Below are positions 28,797-37,653 of a DNA stretch of 64,000 nucleotides, piece after piece; positions within the stretch are counted from its first letter, which is position 1, and every line of letters starts with the position of its first letter. The DNA is taken from the NCBI GenBank assembly GCA_947623285.1, contig CANQGP010000003.1:853-64852 (forward strand), read 5' to 3'. The notes under the pieces were generated by a model, which was not told the DNA's origin, ran no database searches, and saw nothing but the letters and a program-made list of their open reading frames with translations. The stretch is from an uncultured Clostridia bacterium. GTDB lineage: Bacteria; Bacillota; Clostridia; TANB77; CAG-508. The translations under genes were made by a program, and so were the position numbers.

Positions 28797-29159
28797 ATGG
28801 AAAAATATAACCGAATAATGAATAAAAAAAGAATGACAACAGGTGAAGCAATAGATATAGTAGATGAAATGTATCAAGACAGAATGAAACAAATAGAAGA
28901 AAACAATACAATTTATACTGATAGATTAGATAATATAGAATTTACAAATTTAGAATTTGCAAGTGTTATTCTTTTAAGAGAAGTGCAAAGATTAAGAAGA
29001 GAATTGGAAAATTCAATACCTAAAAAGAAAATAGAAGATAAGATAGAAGATTATCAAGAAAGAAAAAGATATTATGAAGATGAAAATATAAAGAAAGATA
29101 ACGAATATTTTAGCATAATTGAAGTATTAGAAATTTTACAAGAAATATTGGAGGATTAA
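28797..29159 (+). CDS. hypothetical phage protein
   Basis: 120 aa. GGAGGAGG RBS. Confidence 0.55.
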   Translation: MEKYNRIMNKKRMTTGEAIDIVDEMYQDRMKQIEENNTIYTDRLDNIEFTNLEFASVILLREVQRLRRELENSIPKKKIEDKIEDYQERKRYYEDENIKKDNEYFSIIEVLEILQEILED

Positions 29160-29162
29160 CAA

Positions 29163-29477
29163 ATGACAATAAAAAATAAAATCCGAAAACGAATAGACTC
29201 GTGGAATATTATTTTAGAAGAACCTATAAAGTACATAAATATAACAAAAGAAGAAGCTGAAAAATTAGGAGATAATATAAAACAAATTGACGGAGTTAAA
29301 TTGATAGTTGCAGATAAATTAACAGACAAGATAAAAGGAGATTGTTTTGCTTATCATAAAAATAAATGTCAAGCATTGAATAAACTATATTGCATAAACA
29401 GCGAGTGTAAATTTTATAGAAATGATGTCACAATGAAACAAATAAAAGATAGTATTAAATATTATTCCAAAAAATAG
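29163..29477 (+). CDS. hypothetical Cys-rich phage protein
   Basis: 104 aa with a CFAYHKNKCQALNKLYCINSECKFY cluster. Confidence 0.55.
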   Translation: MTIKNKIRKRIDSWNIILEEPIKYINITKEEAEKLGDNIKQIDGVKLIVADKLTDKIKGDCFAYHKNKCQALNKLYCINSECKFYRNDVTMKQIKDSIKYYSKK

Positions 29478-29487
29478 GAGGAAATCA

Positions 29488-29967
29488 ATGACAAAGGAAG
29501 AGTTAATAGAATTATTGAGAGACCTTAAAGAAAACAAGTCTAAATTAAAAATTAGATTAAAAAACTTGAAGAACAAGAGATTAGAATTAAAAAACTGCGA
29601 AGATATAGAGACTAGCTTAACTACAAGTTATGGAATCAATCAAGACATACATAGCAAAAATAAAGTTAGCAATAAAGTACTTCAAAAAATAGAACATAAT
29701 AACACTAAAAAAACACAAATTAAAGAAGAAATAAAAGAACTAGAAAAAGAAGTTAGAGAGTTGAGAGAAAAAGTGGATTTAGCAGAAGATAGAATTGAAG
29801 CTTTAAAATACAGAGAAAGAAAACTATTAGAAGCATACTACATAGAAGGAAGGACTTATGAAGATATAGGGAATAACGTATATTTTACTTTGTTTTCTCA
29901 AACAAGAGATAAAGATACGATAAAAAGAATTGTAGATAGAGCAGTACAAAAGATGTTAAAATTATAA
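29488..29967 (+). CDS. late-gene transcriptional activator, sigma-70 region-4-like (ArpU/RinA/DUF1492-like)
   Basis: C-terminal RERKLLEAYYIEGRTYEDIGNNV...IKRIVDRAVQKMLKL is HTH-like. Last gene before the packaging module. Confidence 0.5.
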   Translation: MTKEELIELLRDLKENKSKLKIRLKNLKNKRLELKNCEDIETSLTTSYGINQDIHSKNKVSNKVLQKIEHNNTKKTQIKEEIKELEKEVRELREKVDLAEDRIEALKYRERKLLEAYYIEGRTYEDIGNNVYFTLFSQTRDKDTIKRIVDRAVQKMLKL

Positions 29968-30311
29968 AAAATTAAAAATACCCTCTTTTTGCCCTTGTTT
30001 TGAGGTATTAATTAGCTTTTTCTTGTAGTATAATAACAATAGTAAAAATATCGCAGTTGTGAGAAACAACTTATATTCCAAGCGATATTCATAGTATACC
30101 AATCTTTAGTAAAGGGGAGCAGGTAAAACTGCTTCTTTTATTAGAATAAACAGATATTAATAAATGCTAGGTATTATTAATAAAAAATGTTTAACGAGAT
30201 TTTTCATAAATCACCTTATTTTAATAGAAGAATGGAACATAAACTTTCCTAGCGAGTTTTTAATAAGGTTTTCAGCTAGACTTTTTCCTATAAAAAAGTG
30301 TAGCTTGATAT

Positions 30312-30381
30312 TGCGGAAAGCTAAGGCAGTACTCTAGGTTCATACCCTAGAACGTAGTAGGTTCGATTCCTACTTCCGCAA
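30312..30381 (+). tRNA. tRNA-like element with CAU anticodon loop and reduced D-arm
   Basis: Acceptor TGCGGAA/TTCCGCA. Anticodon arm CTAGG-TTCATAC-CCTAG. Canonical T-arm GTAGG-TTCGATT-CCTAC. Only 14 nt where the D-arm should be (3-bp stem possible, loop AAGGC). No encoded CCA. Confidence 0.4.
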
Positions 30382-30469
30382 TCAAGAGATTTTAAAGTAA
30401 ATCTAAAGAGCCTTTTATAGATAGTGCGAAGGACATAGCTGATATATGTCCTTTGTAGTGTTTATAAAA

Positions 30470-30513
30470 TTGACTAGTAATTGACTAGTAGTTGAACAGT
30501 AATTGAATAGTAG
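30470..30513 (+). repeat. four in-phase 11-bp tandem repeats TTGA(C/A)(T/C/A)AGTA(A/G)
   Basis: TTGACTAGTAA TTGACTAGTAG TTGAACAGTAA TTGAATAGTAG, ending in the RBS of the first late ORF. Confidence 0.8.
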
Positions 30514-30523
30514 GAGAATAAAT

Positions 30524-30703
30524 ATGAGTATTGAAAATATATTTAAGAAATTTAGTAAAGAAATATGTACTAATTGCATCAATAGAAAAGAATGTCAGGA
30601 AGAATTAAGAATTAAATTAGACGGCTCGGTTAAGTGTGATAGATATGAAAGAGAGAAAGAAAAGCAACCAATAGGTGTTTTAGTAAGAATGATGAGAATA
30701 TAG
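30524..30703 (+). CDS. small Cys-rich phage protein (59 aa)
   Basis: MSIENIFKKFSKEICTNCINRKECQEE...; AGGAG lies 7 nt upstream. The track's TTG at 30503 lies inside the repeats. Confidence 0.55.
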   Translation: MSIENIFKKFSKEICTNCINRKECQEELRIKLDGSVKCDRYEREKEKQPIGVLVRMMRI

Positions 30704-30717
30704 GAAAGAGGTAAAAA

Positions 30718-31191
30718 ATGGAGATAGTTTACAAAAAAGTTTTAGAATTAAAACCATATAAAAACAACCCTAGGATAAACGACGAGGCTGTTAAATACGT
30801 AAAGGAAAGTATTAAAGAATTTGGATTTAAAGTTCCAATAGTAATTGATGAAAATAACGAAATTATTGCAGGACATACCAGACTTAAGGCAGCAAAAGAA
30901 TTGGAGTTACAAGAAGTACCTTGTATAATTGCTAATGACTTAACTAAAGAACAAGTAAAAGCTTTTAGATTAGCTGATAATAAAGTATCGGAAAAAGCTG
31001 AATGGGATTTTGAATTGTTAGAGAGTGAATTAGCTGAAATAATAGATATTGATATGGAAAAATTTGACTTTTCAAAATTTAATGAAGAATTAGATGTTGA
31101 AGACGAAGACTTTATCAGCGATACAGAAATTACAAAACAAAAGAAGAGAATAGTTAAATGTCCACATTGTGGAGAGGAATTTGAAATATGA
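30718..31191 (+). CDS. ParB N-terminal (ParBc/sulfiredoxin-fold) domain protein with C-terminal zinc ribbon
   Basis: LKPYKNNPRINDEAVKYVKESIKEFGFKVPIVIDENNEIIAGHTRLKAAKELELQEVPCI is the ParBc core. CPHCGEEF at the C-terminus. Confidence 0.75.
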   Translation: MEIVYKKVLELKPYKNNPRINDEAVKYVKESIKEFGFKVPIVIDENNEIIAGHTRLKAAKELELQEVPCIIANDLTKEQVKAFRLADNKVSEKAEWDFELLESELAEIIDIDMEKFDFSKFNEELDVEDEDFISDTEITKQKKRIVKCPHCGEEFEI

Positions 31192-31953
31192 AAATTTTCC
31201 TTGCAGCTACAACAAGCGGAGTTAAAAATAGTCAAAGAGAAGAAATGATACAAAAAGGTAAACCAAAATATTTACTTGAAACATTTTTTAACGGAGAAAA
31301 GACATGTTTAAAAGTTTTGCAAGATGTTGGAGTTAACAATTTTTTGTTAGATAGTGGCGCTTTTAGTTATATGAGTGGAGCAGAATGCACAAAAGAACAA
31401 TTAGTAGAGTATATGGAAAAATATATATACTTTATAAACAAATACAATGTCGAATATTTTTTTGAGTTAGATGTAGACACAATATTTGGAATTGAATTTG
31501 TAGAAGAGTTGCGAGAAAAACTAGAAAAAGAAACTAACAAAAAATGTATTCCAGTATGGCACAAAGGCAGAGGAATAGAATATTGGAAAAAGATGTGTAA
31601 AAATTATAAATATGTTGCAATAGGACGGTTTAGTGTTTCACGTCAAAAAGCAAGAATATGACCTCATTAGGAAAATGGTAAAATATGCTTTTAATAAAGG
31701 AGTAAAAGTACACGGCTTAGGCTTTACAAAAACAAAAGAATTAAATAATTATAAGTTTTATAGTGTAGATAGTGCAAGTTTTACTAAAGGAGCGGCACTA
31801 GGACAACAGAAACAAACATTTAATGGTAAATTTATAGAAAGTAGAAGAATAGACGGAAAAGGTAAAAAAATAAAATTATCAAATTTAGTTATGTATAATT
31901 TTTATCAATGGTGTAATTTTCAAAAATATATGGATAATAAAAAATGGAGGTAA
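31188..31953 (+). pseudogene. DpdA-like DNA/tRNA-guanine transglycosylase-fold protein, +1 frameshift at ~31626
   Basis: Deleting C31626 gives ...KYVAIGGLVFHVKK.... Motifs LLDSGAFS (cf. TGT DSGGFQ), YVAIGGL (cf. YAIGGL) and VHGLGFT...SVDSASF. Length is 3n+1. Confidence 0.6.
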
Positions 31954-31956
31954 AAA

Positions 31957-32577
31957 ATGAAAAAAAAGAATGAAATTTTAAAAATATGTTTTGCGATTTA
32001 TTCAGCAGCAATAATAATTCAAAACGTTTTAGCAACTAAACAAATAGACATTTTTAAATTTACAGTAACAACAGGAATTTTAATATCACCATTAGTTTTT
32101 ATAATTCAAGATGTAGTCAGTGAAATTTTTAAATATAAAGAAGCTAAAAAAATGATACTGCTAGGTTTCTTTATGAATTTTATAGGAGTTATGTTTTTTA
32201 CCGTGGCAATTAACCTACCTAGTTCAAACTATTGGACTAATCAACAAGCATTTGCAACAGTACTAGGAACAACTTTCAGAATATCAATAGCAAGTTTTAC
32301 AGCTTATATAATAGGGTCATTAATAAACAGTAAAATTATGGTAAAGTTAAAAGAAAAAAACAATAGTTTATTTATTAGAGCGATAAGTTCAACAATAGTT
32401 GGACAATTTTTAGACAATTCGTTATTTGCTTTTATTGGATTTTTAGGAATATTACCATTAAACAGTATATTATCTATGATAATAGGCGCAACAATATTTG
32501 AAGTTATGTATGAAATAATATTATATCCTGTAACAAAATTTACTATAAAAAAACTAAACAATTATATTGTTAGTTAA
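31957..32577 (+). CDS. yhhQ: YhhQ/VUT (DUF165) family queuosine-precursor (preQ0/preQ1) transporter
   Basis: 206 aa, polytopic. NVLATKQI..., SPLVFIIQDVVSEIFKYKEAKK, RISIASFTAYIIGSLINS, RAISSTIVGQFLDNSLFAFIGF match YhhQ family blocks. Confidence 0.75.
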   Translation: MKKKNEILKICFAIYSAAIIIQNVLATKQIDIFKFTVTTGILISPLVFIIQDVVSEIFKYKEAKKMILLGFFMNFIGVMFFTVAINLPSSNYWTNQQAFATVLGTTFRISIASFTAYIIGSLINSKIMVKLKEKNNSLFIRAISSTIVGQFLDNSLFAFIGFLGILPLNSILSMIIGATIFEVMYEIILYPVTKFTIKKLNNYIVS

Positions 32578-32596
32578 TAATAAAGTAGGTGGAGCT

Positions 32597-33061
32597 ATGG
32601 CAAAATCTAAATGGGAACAAATAAAAGATAAATTAATATTGATTGAAGGCTGGGCAAGAGATGGCTTAACGGACGAACAAATTGCTAAAAATTTAGGAAT
32701 AAGTAAAGACACGTTTTATAAATACAAGAAAATACATACTGACTTTTCTGACGCCTTAAAAAAAGGAAAAGAAATTGTTGATTATGAAGTAGAAAACGCA
32801 TTACTAAAAAAAGCACTAGGATATGACTACGAAGAAAAGACATACAGAACAACAGTAGATAAAGAAACTGGAAAACAAAAAAGTACAATAGCTACAATAG
32901 TAAAAAAACACGTTCCGCCTGATACAACAGCTATGATATTTTGGTTGAAAAATAGAAAACCTAACAAATGGAGAGATAGGATTGAAAATGTAGTAAATAA
33001 TGATGAAATATCTAAAGTTGAGGAATTATTGAACGTTATAAAGCAAGAGGCTGAAAAATGA
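32597..33061 (+). CDS. terS: terminase small subunit
   Basis: HTH LTDEQIAKNLGISKDTFYKYKK and the ...PPDTTAMIFWLKNRKPNKWRD tail. GGTGGAG RBS. Precedes terL with an ATGA overlap. Confidence 0.8.
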   Translation: MAKSKWEQIKDKLILIEGWARDGLTDEQIAKNLGISKDTFYKYKKIHTDFSDALKKGKEIVDYEVENALLKKALGYDYEEKTYRTTVDKETGKQKSTIATIVKKHVPPDTTAMIFWLKNRKPNKWRDRIENVVNNDEISKVEELLNVIKQEAEK

Positions 33062-34314
33062 TATTAAGTGAAAAACAAAAAGAATTTATTAATAATGCTA
33101 ACCATAGATACAATATTAAAATAGGAGCAAGAAGAAGTGGAAAAACATATTTAGATATTTTATTTACAATTCCAAATAGGTTATTAGAAAGAAAAAACAA
33201 AGAAGGTTTAAACGTTATTTTAGGTGTTTCACAAGGTACTATTGAAAGAAATGTATTAAAACCATTAAGAGATAAATACGGAGAAAATTTAGTTAGTAGT
33301 ATTAATTCAAAAAATATTGCGGTTTTATTTGGGCAAGAAGTTTATTGTTTAGGAGCTGAAAAAGTCAGTCAAGTAGCAAAATTACAAGGAACAAGTATAA
33401 AATACTGCTATGGAGATGAAATTGCAAAATGGAATAAAGAAGTTTTTATCATTGTACAATCATCAATGGACAAAAAATATAGTTGTTTTGACGGTGCATT
33501 AAATCCAGAAAGCAAAACACATTGGTTTAAAAAAGAATTTTTGGATACAATAAAAGCAAAAAAACTAGATGTATATGTTCAGCATTATACTATATTTGAT
33601 AATAAGTTTTTACCTAAAATAGTTGTTGAAAACTTATGCAAAGAATATCAAGGAACTGTTTATTATAATAGATATATTTTAGGGCAATGGTGCAATGCAG
33701 AAGGTATAATATTTAAACAAATTGCAGACGACAAAGATAGATTTATAACAAAACAAGTTCAATTAAATTCATTTATAAGTATTGGAATTGACTGGGGCGG
33801 AAATAAATCAAAACACAGTATAACAGCAACTAAAATAGATAGAATGTATAGAAAAGTGCAAGTATTAAAATCTAGCACAATGGAAGCAACAGGCACAAAT
33901 ACAAAGAAAGTTTTTAGATGGATAATTAATTTTATAAAAGAGATACAGGACAAATATGGTACTGTGTCTTTTCTTTTTGCTGATAGTGCAGAACAAGTAC
34001 TTAATAATTCTTTAGAAGGTGTATTAAAAGAGAGTGGAATTAATTTAATAGTTCAAGATAGTGTGAAAACACAAATCAAAAATAGAATAGAAATGTTTAA
34101 TAGGTTATTAAATTTAGACAAATTAACTTTTATAGAAGGACAAACTGATACATTAGTCGAAGCATTACAAACAGCTTTATTTGATGATAAGTCAAAAGAT
34201 GATAGATGGGTTGATGACGGAGAAACATCAGACATTGACAGTTTAGATAGTTTTAATTATTCATTTGAATATTGGTTTGACGAAATATCTTATTATTTGA
34301 AAGAGGTAGCGTAA
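33058..34314 (+). CDS. terL: terminase large subunit (PBSX-type)
   Basis: Walker A GARRSGKT and Walker B-like region CYGDEIAKW. 418 aa. Confidence 0.85.
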   Translation: MILSEKQKEFINNANHRYNIKIGARRSGKTYLDILFTIPNRLLERKNKEGLNVILGVSQGTIERNVLKPLRDKYGENLVSSINSKNIAVLFGQEVYCLGAEKVSQVAKLQGTSIKYCYGDEIAKWNKEVFIIVQSSMDKKYSCFDGALNPESKTHWFKKEFLDTIKAKKLDVYVQHYTIFDNKFLPKIVVENLCKEYQGTVYYNRYILGQWCNAEGIIFKQIADDKDRFITKQVQLNSFISIGIDWGGNKSKHSITATKIDRMYRKVQVLKSSTMEATGTNTKKVFRWIINFIKEIQDKYGTVSFLFADSAEQVLNNSLEGVLKESGINLIVQDSVKTQIKNRIEMFNRLLNLDKLTFIEGQTDTLVEALQTALFDDKSKDDRWVDDGETSDIDSLDSFNYSFEYWFDEISYYLKEVA

Positions 34315-34315
34315 T

Positions 34316-35866
34316 ATGAATGATATAGTGTTAAAGTATTTAAAAGAAAAAGGTTATAGTAATATATCAACAGACTACTACGATTACATAGAATTATGGG
34401 AACGATGGTGGAGAAATGAAGTGGACTTTCACGTATACCATGACCCAACAGGAAAGAAAAGAAAAATGCACACTGCAGGAATGGCAAAAAGAATTAGCGA
34501 AGATTGGGCAAGTATTCTTTATAGTGAACGTGACGAAATAACAACTGAAGCGAATACGTCAAAGTTAACAAAGGCTAACAATGAATTTTTAAACAAACAA
34601 ATAAAATTATTAAAAATACATAAAGATTTGCCAACAGCAATTGAAAAAGCTATGGCAAGTGGTACAGCGGGAGCAATTGTTAGAATAAAAAATGTAAAAA
34701 TTGATAAAGAAAATAATTTAATTGCGAGCGATAAAACTAAATTAGACATCATTTATGTTAGTGCAAGTCAAATAATACCTCTAAGAGTAGAACATGGAGA
34801 AATAATAGATGTAGCAATTGTGAGTGAAAATAATAAAGGAAAAGACAAAGAATATTACATAGAAACACACAAATTAAAATATAGCGCAAAAGAAGAACAG
34901 GAAATTTACGAAATTAGCAATACTTATTTAGACTACAAAGGAAAAGAAATCCAAAAGGAAAATATCGCTAAAGGATATACGATTAAATCTAGTATTCCAT
35001 TATTTAGCATAATGAAACCAGCAATAGCAAACCCTATTAACGAAAATTATAACATAATTAACGGTATGGGATTTAGTATTTACGGCTCAGCTATTGACCA
35101 GCTTATGGCTACTGATATCGCTTGGCATAATTTTGTAATGGATTTTTATCTTGGTGGCAAGAAAGTATTTTACAACAAAAAAATAGTAGGTAAAAAAATA
35201 GTCAAAACAAAAGGCACAGATGGACAAACAAAAGAGGAAGTTAGAGAAGTTTACCCTGACGACGTCACAAGACAACAGTGGCAAACTTACGGAGATGAAC
35301 AAGCCAACTTAAAAGATGAACCAGCTGTTACTGAATACAATCCAGATTTAAGAGTTGAAGATAACAAAAACGGTATTCAATTTGCATTGGATTTTTTAAG
35401 TTTTAAGGCTGGATTAGGAACAAAGTATTATGAATTTAATGGAAGTTCGATAGTAACAGCAACACAATATGCCGGAGATAGACAAGATTTAGTTAAAAAT
35501 GCAAATAAACATAGAAGAAACGTGGATAGTTTTATAAGTGGAATTTGTAAGGCTGTTCTTTTGCTGGGTAGAGTTTTATTAAAACAACCAGTAACAGAAG
35601 ATTGCGTCGTTAACATTGTTGATAAAGACGGGTTTTTAGTTGATACAGAAACAGCAAAAGCAGAATTTAGACAAGATATCGCAATGGGAATAAGACAACC
35701 TTGGGAATATAGAGTTAAATTCTATGGAGAAGACGAGAAAACAGCAAAAGCAATGGTACAAGATGAAGAAATAGAAAACATTGAAGAATCTAACAAGAAA
35801 AGCAACGGACAAAATGAGAAAGAAAGCAATGAAGAAACCAATAAAGAAAAGGAAGAAAGTGAATAA
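34316..35866 (+). CDS. portal protein
   Basis: 516 aa, immediately after terL. Acidic C-terminal tail. Confidence 0.75.
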   Translation: MNDIVLKYLKEKGYSNISTDYYDYIELWERWWRNEVDFHVYHDPTGKKRKMHTAGMAKRISEDWASILYSERDEITTEANTSKLTKANNEFLNKQIKLLKIHKDLPTAIEKAMASGTAGAIVRIKNVKIDKENNLIASDKTKLDIIYVSASQIIPLRVEHGEIIDVAIVSENNKGKDKEYYIETHKLKYSAKEEQEIYEISNTYLDYKGKEIQKENIAKGYTIKSSIPLFSIMKPAIANPINENYNIINGMGFSIYGSAIDQLMATDIAWHNFVMDFYLGGKKVFYNKKIVGKKIVKTKGTDGQTKEEVREVYPDDVTRQQWQTYGDEQANLKDEPAVTEYNPDLRVEDNKNGIQFALDFLSFKAGLGTKYYEFNGSSIVTATQYAGDRQDLVKNANKHRRNVDSFISGICKAVLLLGRVLLKQPVTEDCVVNIVDKDGFLVDTETAKAEFRQDIAMGIRQPWEYRVKFYGEDEKTAKAMVQDEEIENIEESNKKSNGQNEKESNEETNKEKEESE

Positions 35867-37653
35867 TGTTAAGTCCTGAGTTTCTAGATTTAATCGAATT
35901 TAACGAAGTTGTCAACTTATATACTAGATTAAATATTGAAATAACATCAGATATAATAAGACGTATCTTAAAAATGAATAAAATCAGCAATGCAACACGC
36001 TATCAGTTAAGAAAAATATTGCAGACTGGTGGTACAGAAGTATTCAACGAAGTACTAGAAAAAACATCATTATTAACAAACGAAATGAAAAAAGAATTAA
36101 AAAATGTATTTGAAGAAATGGCAAAAGAAGATATTGAGGGCTATAAAGAACTATACGAATACAGAGGAAAGCCTTTTAAATTAAGTTCTGAACAATATAA
36201 AATATTAAATCAAGGATTAAAAGAAACTGAACGTACATTAAAAAACTTCACAAAATCAATAGCTTTTGAAAGTCAACAAGATTACATCAATACAGTTGAT
36301 GAGGCTTATAATCAAATAATAACAGGAGCTTTTGATTACAATACAGCAATGAATAAAGCAGCACAAAAATTAGCAGACAAAGGAGTAACGTTAAAAGATA
36401 AATTAGGAAGAAATGTACAGCTAGAAGTAGCAATAAGACGTAATATTATGACATCGATTCACAAAACAGCAAGTACAATTAATAGAGATATTGAAGATTA
36501 TTTAGGTTGCGACGGTTATGAAGTATCAGCACATATGGGAGCTAGACCGACACACGCTGAGGCACAGGGCAAACAATATGCTATAAAACATAACACTAAA
36601 GAAAGCAAAAAATATCCTTTATGGAAAGAAGTTGAAGATTTATGGCATGAATACAACTGCCATCATACATATTTTGGAATAATTTTAGGTATAACTGAAC
36701 CGCAATATAGTAAAAAAGAACTAAACGAATTTAAAAATGCAAAAGTAACTTTAAACGGGAAAAAAGTTCCTTATTATGAGGCAACTCAAAAACAACGTGC
36801 TAAGGAAAACAACATAAGGCATCAAAAAAGAAAAATACAGACATTAGAAAAATCCGGACTAGATACAACGACAGAAAAGGCAAAATTAAGACAAATGCAA
36901 AAAGATTTAACGTCATTCTGCAAAGAAACTGGAATTGAAAAAGACTATAGTAGAATGAAAATAACAAAATCAAACAATAATAATTTGATAAAAACGACAA
37001 AAAGTGTTAAAATAAGTGAAATAAGTAAGGATTTAGACAAACTTAAAGTAAAATACAATCCAGCAAATAAACTAAGTAAAAAACTAAGTAGTAATGAAAT
37101 TATACAAAAAATAGCCGGTGGCGATAAAACAAAAGGTTCTTGCTCATCAGCAGCTTTTGCCTATATTGCAAATAGAAACGGCTTAGATGTTTTAGATTTT
37201 AGAGGTGGGGAAAGTCAAAGTTTCTTTTCGAGAAATGGCAATATACAAAGAATATCACAAATAAAGGGTATTAAAAGCGCAATCGAAGAAAATTATAATG
37301 ATATTAAAGGTGTTATGAATTTGCTTAATAAAGTTGAAAAAGGAAAAGAGTATTATTTATCTACAGGAGAGCATGCAGCTATTATAAAAGAAAAAAACGG
37401 TAAAATGCAGTATTTAGAATTACAAAATCCAAACGAAAAAGACAATGGATTTAAACCTCTTACAGTTAATACTTTAAAAAGTAGATTTAAGTGCAAACAG
37501 ACACACTCAACTTATGGCATAAAATACAAAGATAGAAGCATCTTAATGGAAGTAGATAGCTTTAAAAACAATAAAGAATTTGAAGAATTTATGGGTTATA
37601 TAAATACACAAAGAAATAGACAAATGAAAGGAAAAGAAGGCAGTGTCAAATGA
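35866..37653 (+). CDS. MuF/SPP1 gp7-type head morphogenesis protein fused to a C-terminal papain/C39-like Cys-His domain
   Basis: MuF core SAHMGARPTHAEAQGKQYA...EYNCHHTYFG. C-terminal ~200 aa carry GSCSSAAFAYIANRNGLDV (Cys) and GEHAAIIKEKNGKMQYLELQNP (His, Asn/Gln). Confidence 0.7.
   Translation: MLSPEFLDLIEFNEVVNLYTRLNIEITSDIIRRILKMNKISNATRYQLRKILQTGGTEVFNEVLEKTSLLTNEMKKELKNVFEEMAKEDIEGYKELYEYRGKPFKLSSEQYKILNQGLKETERTLKNFTKSIAFESQQDYINTVDEAYNQIITGAFDYNTAMNKAAQKLADKGVTLKDKLGRNVQLEVAIRRNIMTSIHKTASTINRDIEDYLGCDGYEVSAHMGARPTHAEAQGKQYAIKHNTKESKKYPLWKEVEDLWHEYNCHHTYFGIILGITEPQYSKKELNEFKNAKVTLNGKKVPYYEATQKQRAKENNIRHQKRKIQTLEKSGLDTTTEKAKLRQMQKDLTSFCKETGIEKDYSRMKITKSNNNNLIKTTKSVKISEISKDLDKLKVKYNPANKLSKKLSSNEIIQKIAGGDKTKGSCSSAAFAYIANRNGLDVLDFRGGESQSFFSRNGNIQRISQIKGIKSAIEENYNDIKGVMNLLNKVEKGKEYYLSTGEHAAIIKEKNGKMQYLELQNPNEKDNGFKPLTVNTLKSRFKCKQTHSTYGIKYKDRSILMEVDSFKNNKEFEEFMGYINTQRNRQMKGKEGSVK

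Noticed and set aside
30264-30305. preQ1-I riboswitch-like string AAGGTTTTCAGCTAGACTTTTTCCTATAAAAAAGTGTAGCT, just upstream of the tRNA-like element and 1.3 kb upstream of the YhhQ/DpdA-like genes.
   Set aside because: It shares GGTT..C, AGCTA, CCT and ATAAAAAA with the class I consensus, and the loop AGCTA can pair with the downstream TAGCT. However, P1 would be only 3 bp and the loop ~18 nt instead of ~11. Such A-rich strings are easy to find in this genome. Worth a cmsearch, but not callable by eye.
30470-30513. Whether the 11-bp repeats, or any other repeat set in the window, could be a CRISPR array.
   Set aside because: The units are contiguous with no spacers and far too short. No cas genes occur anywhere in the window.
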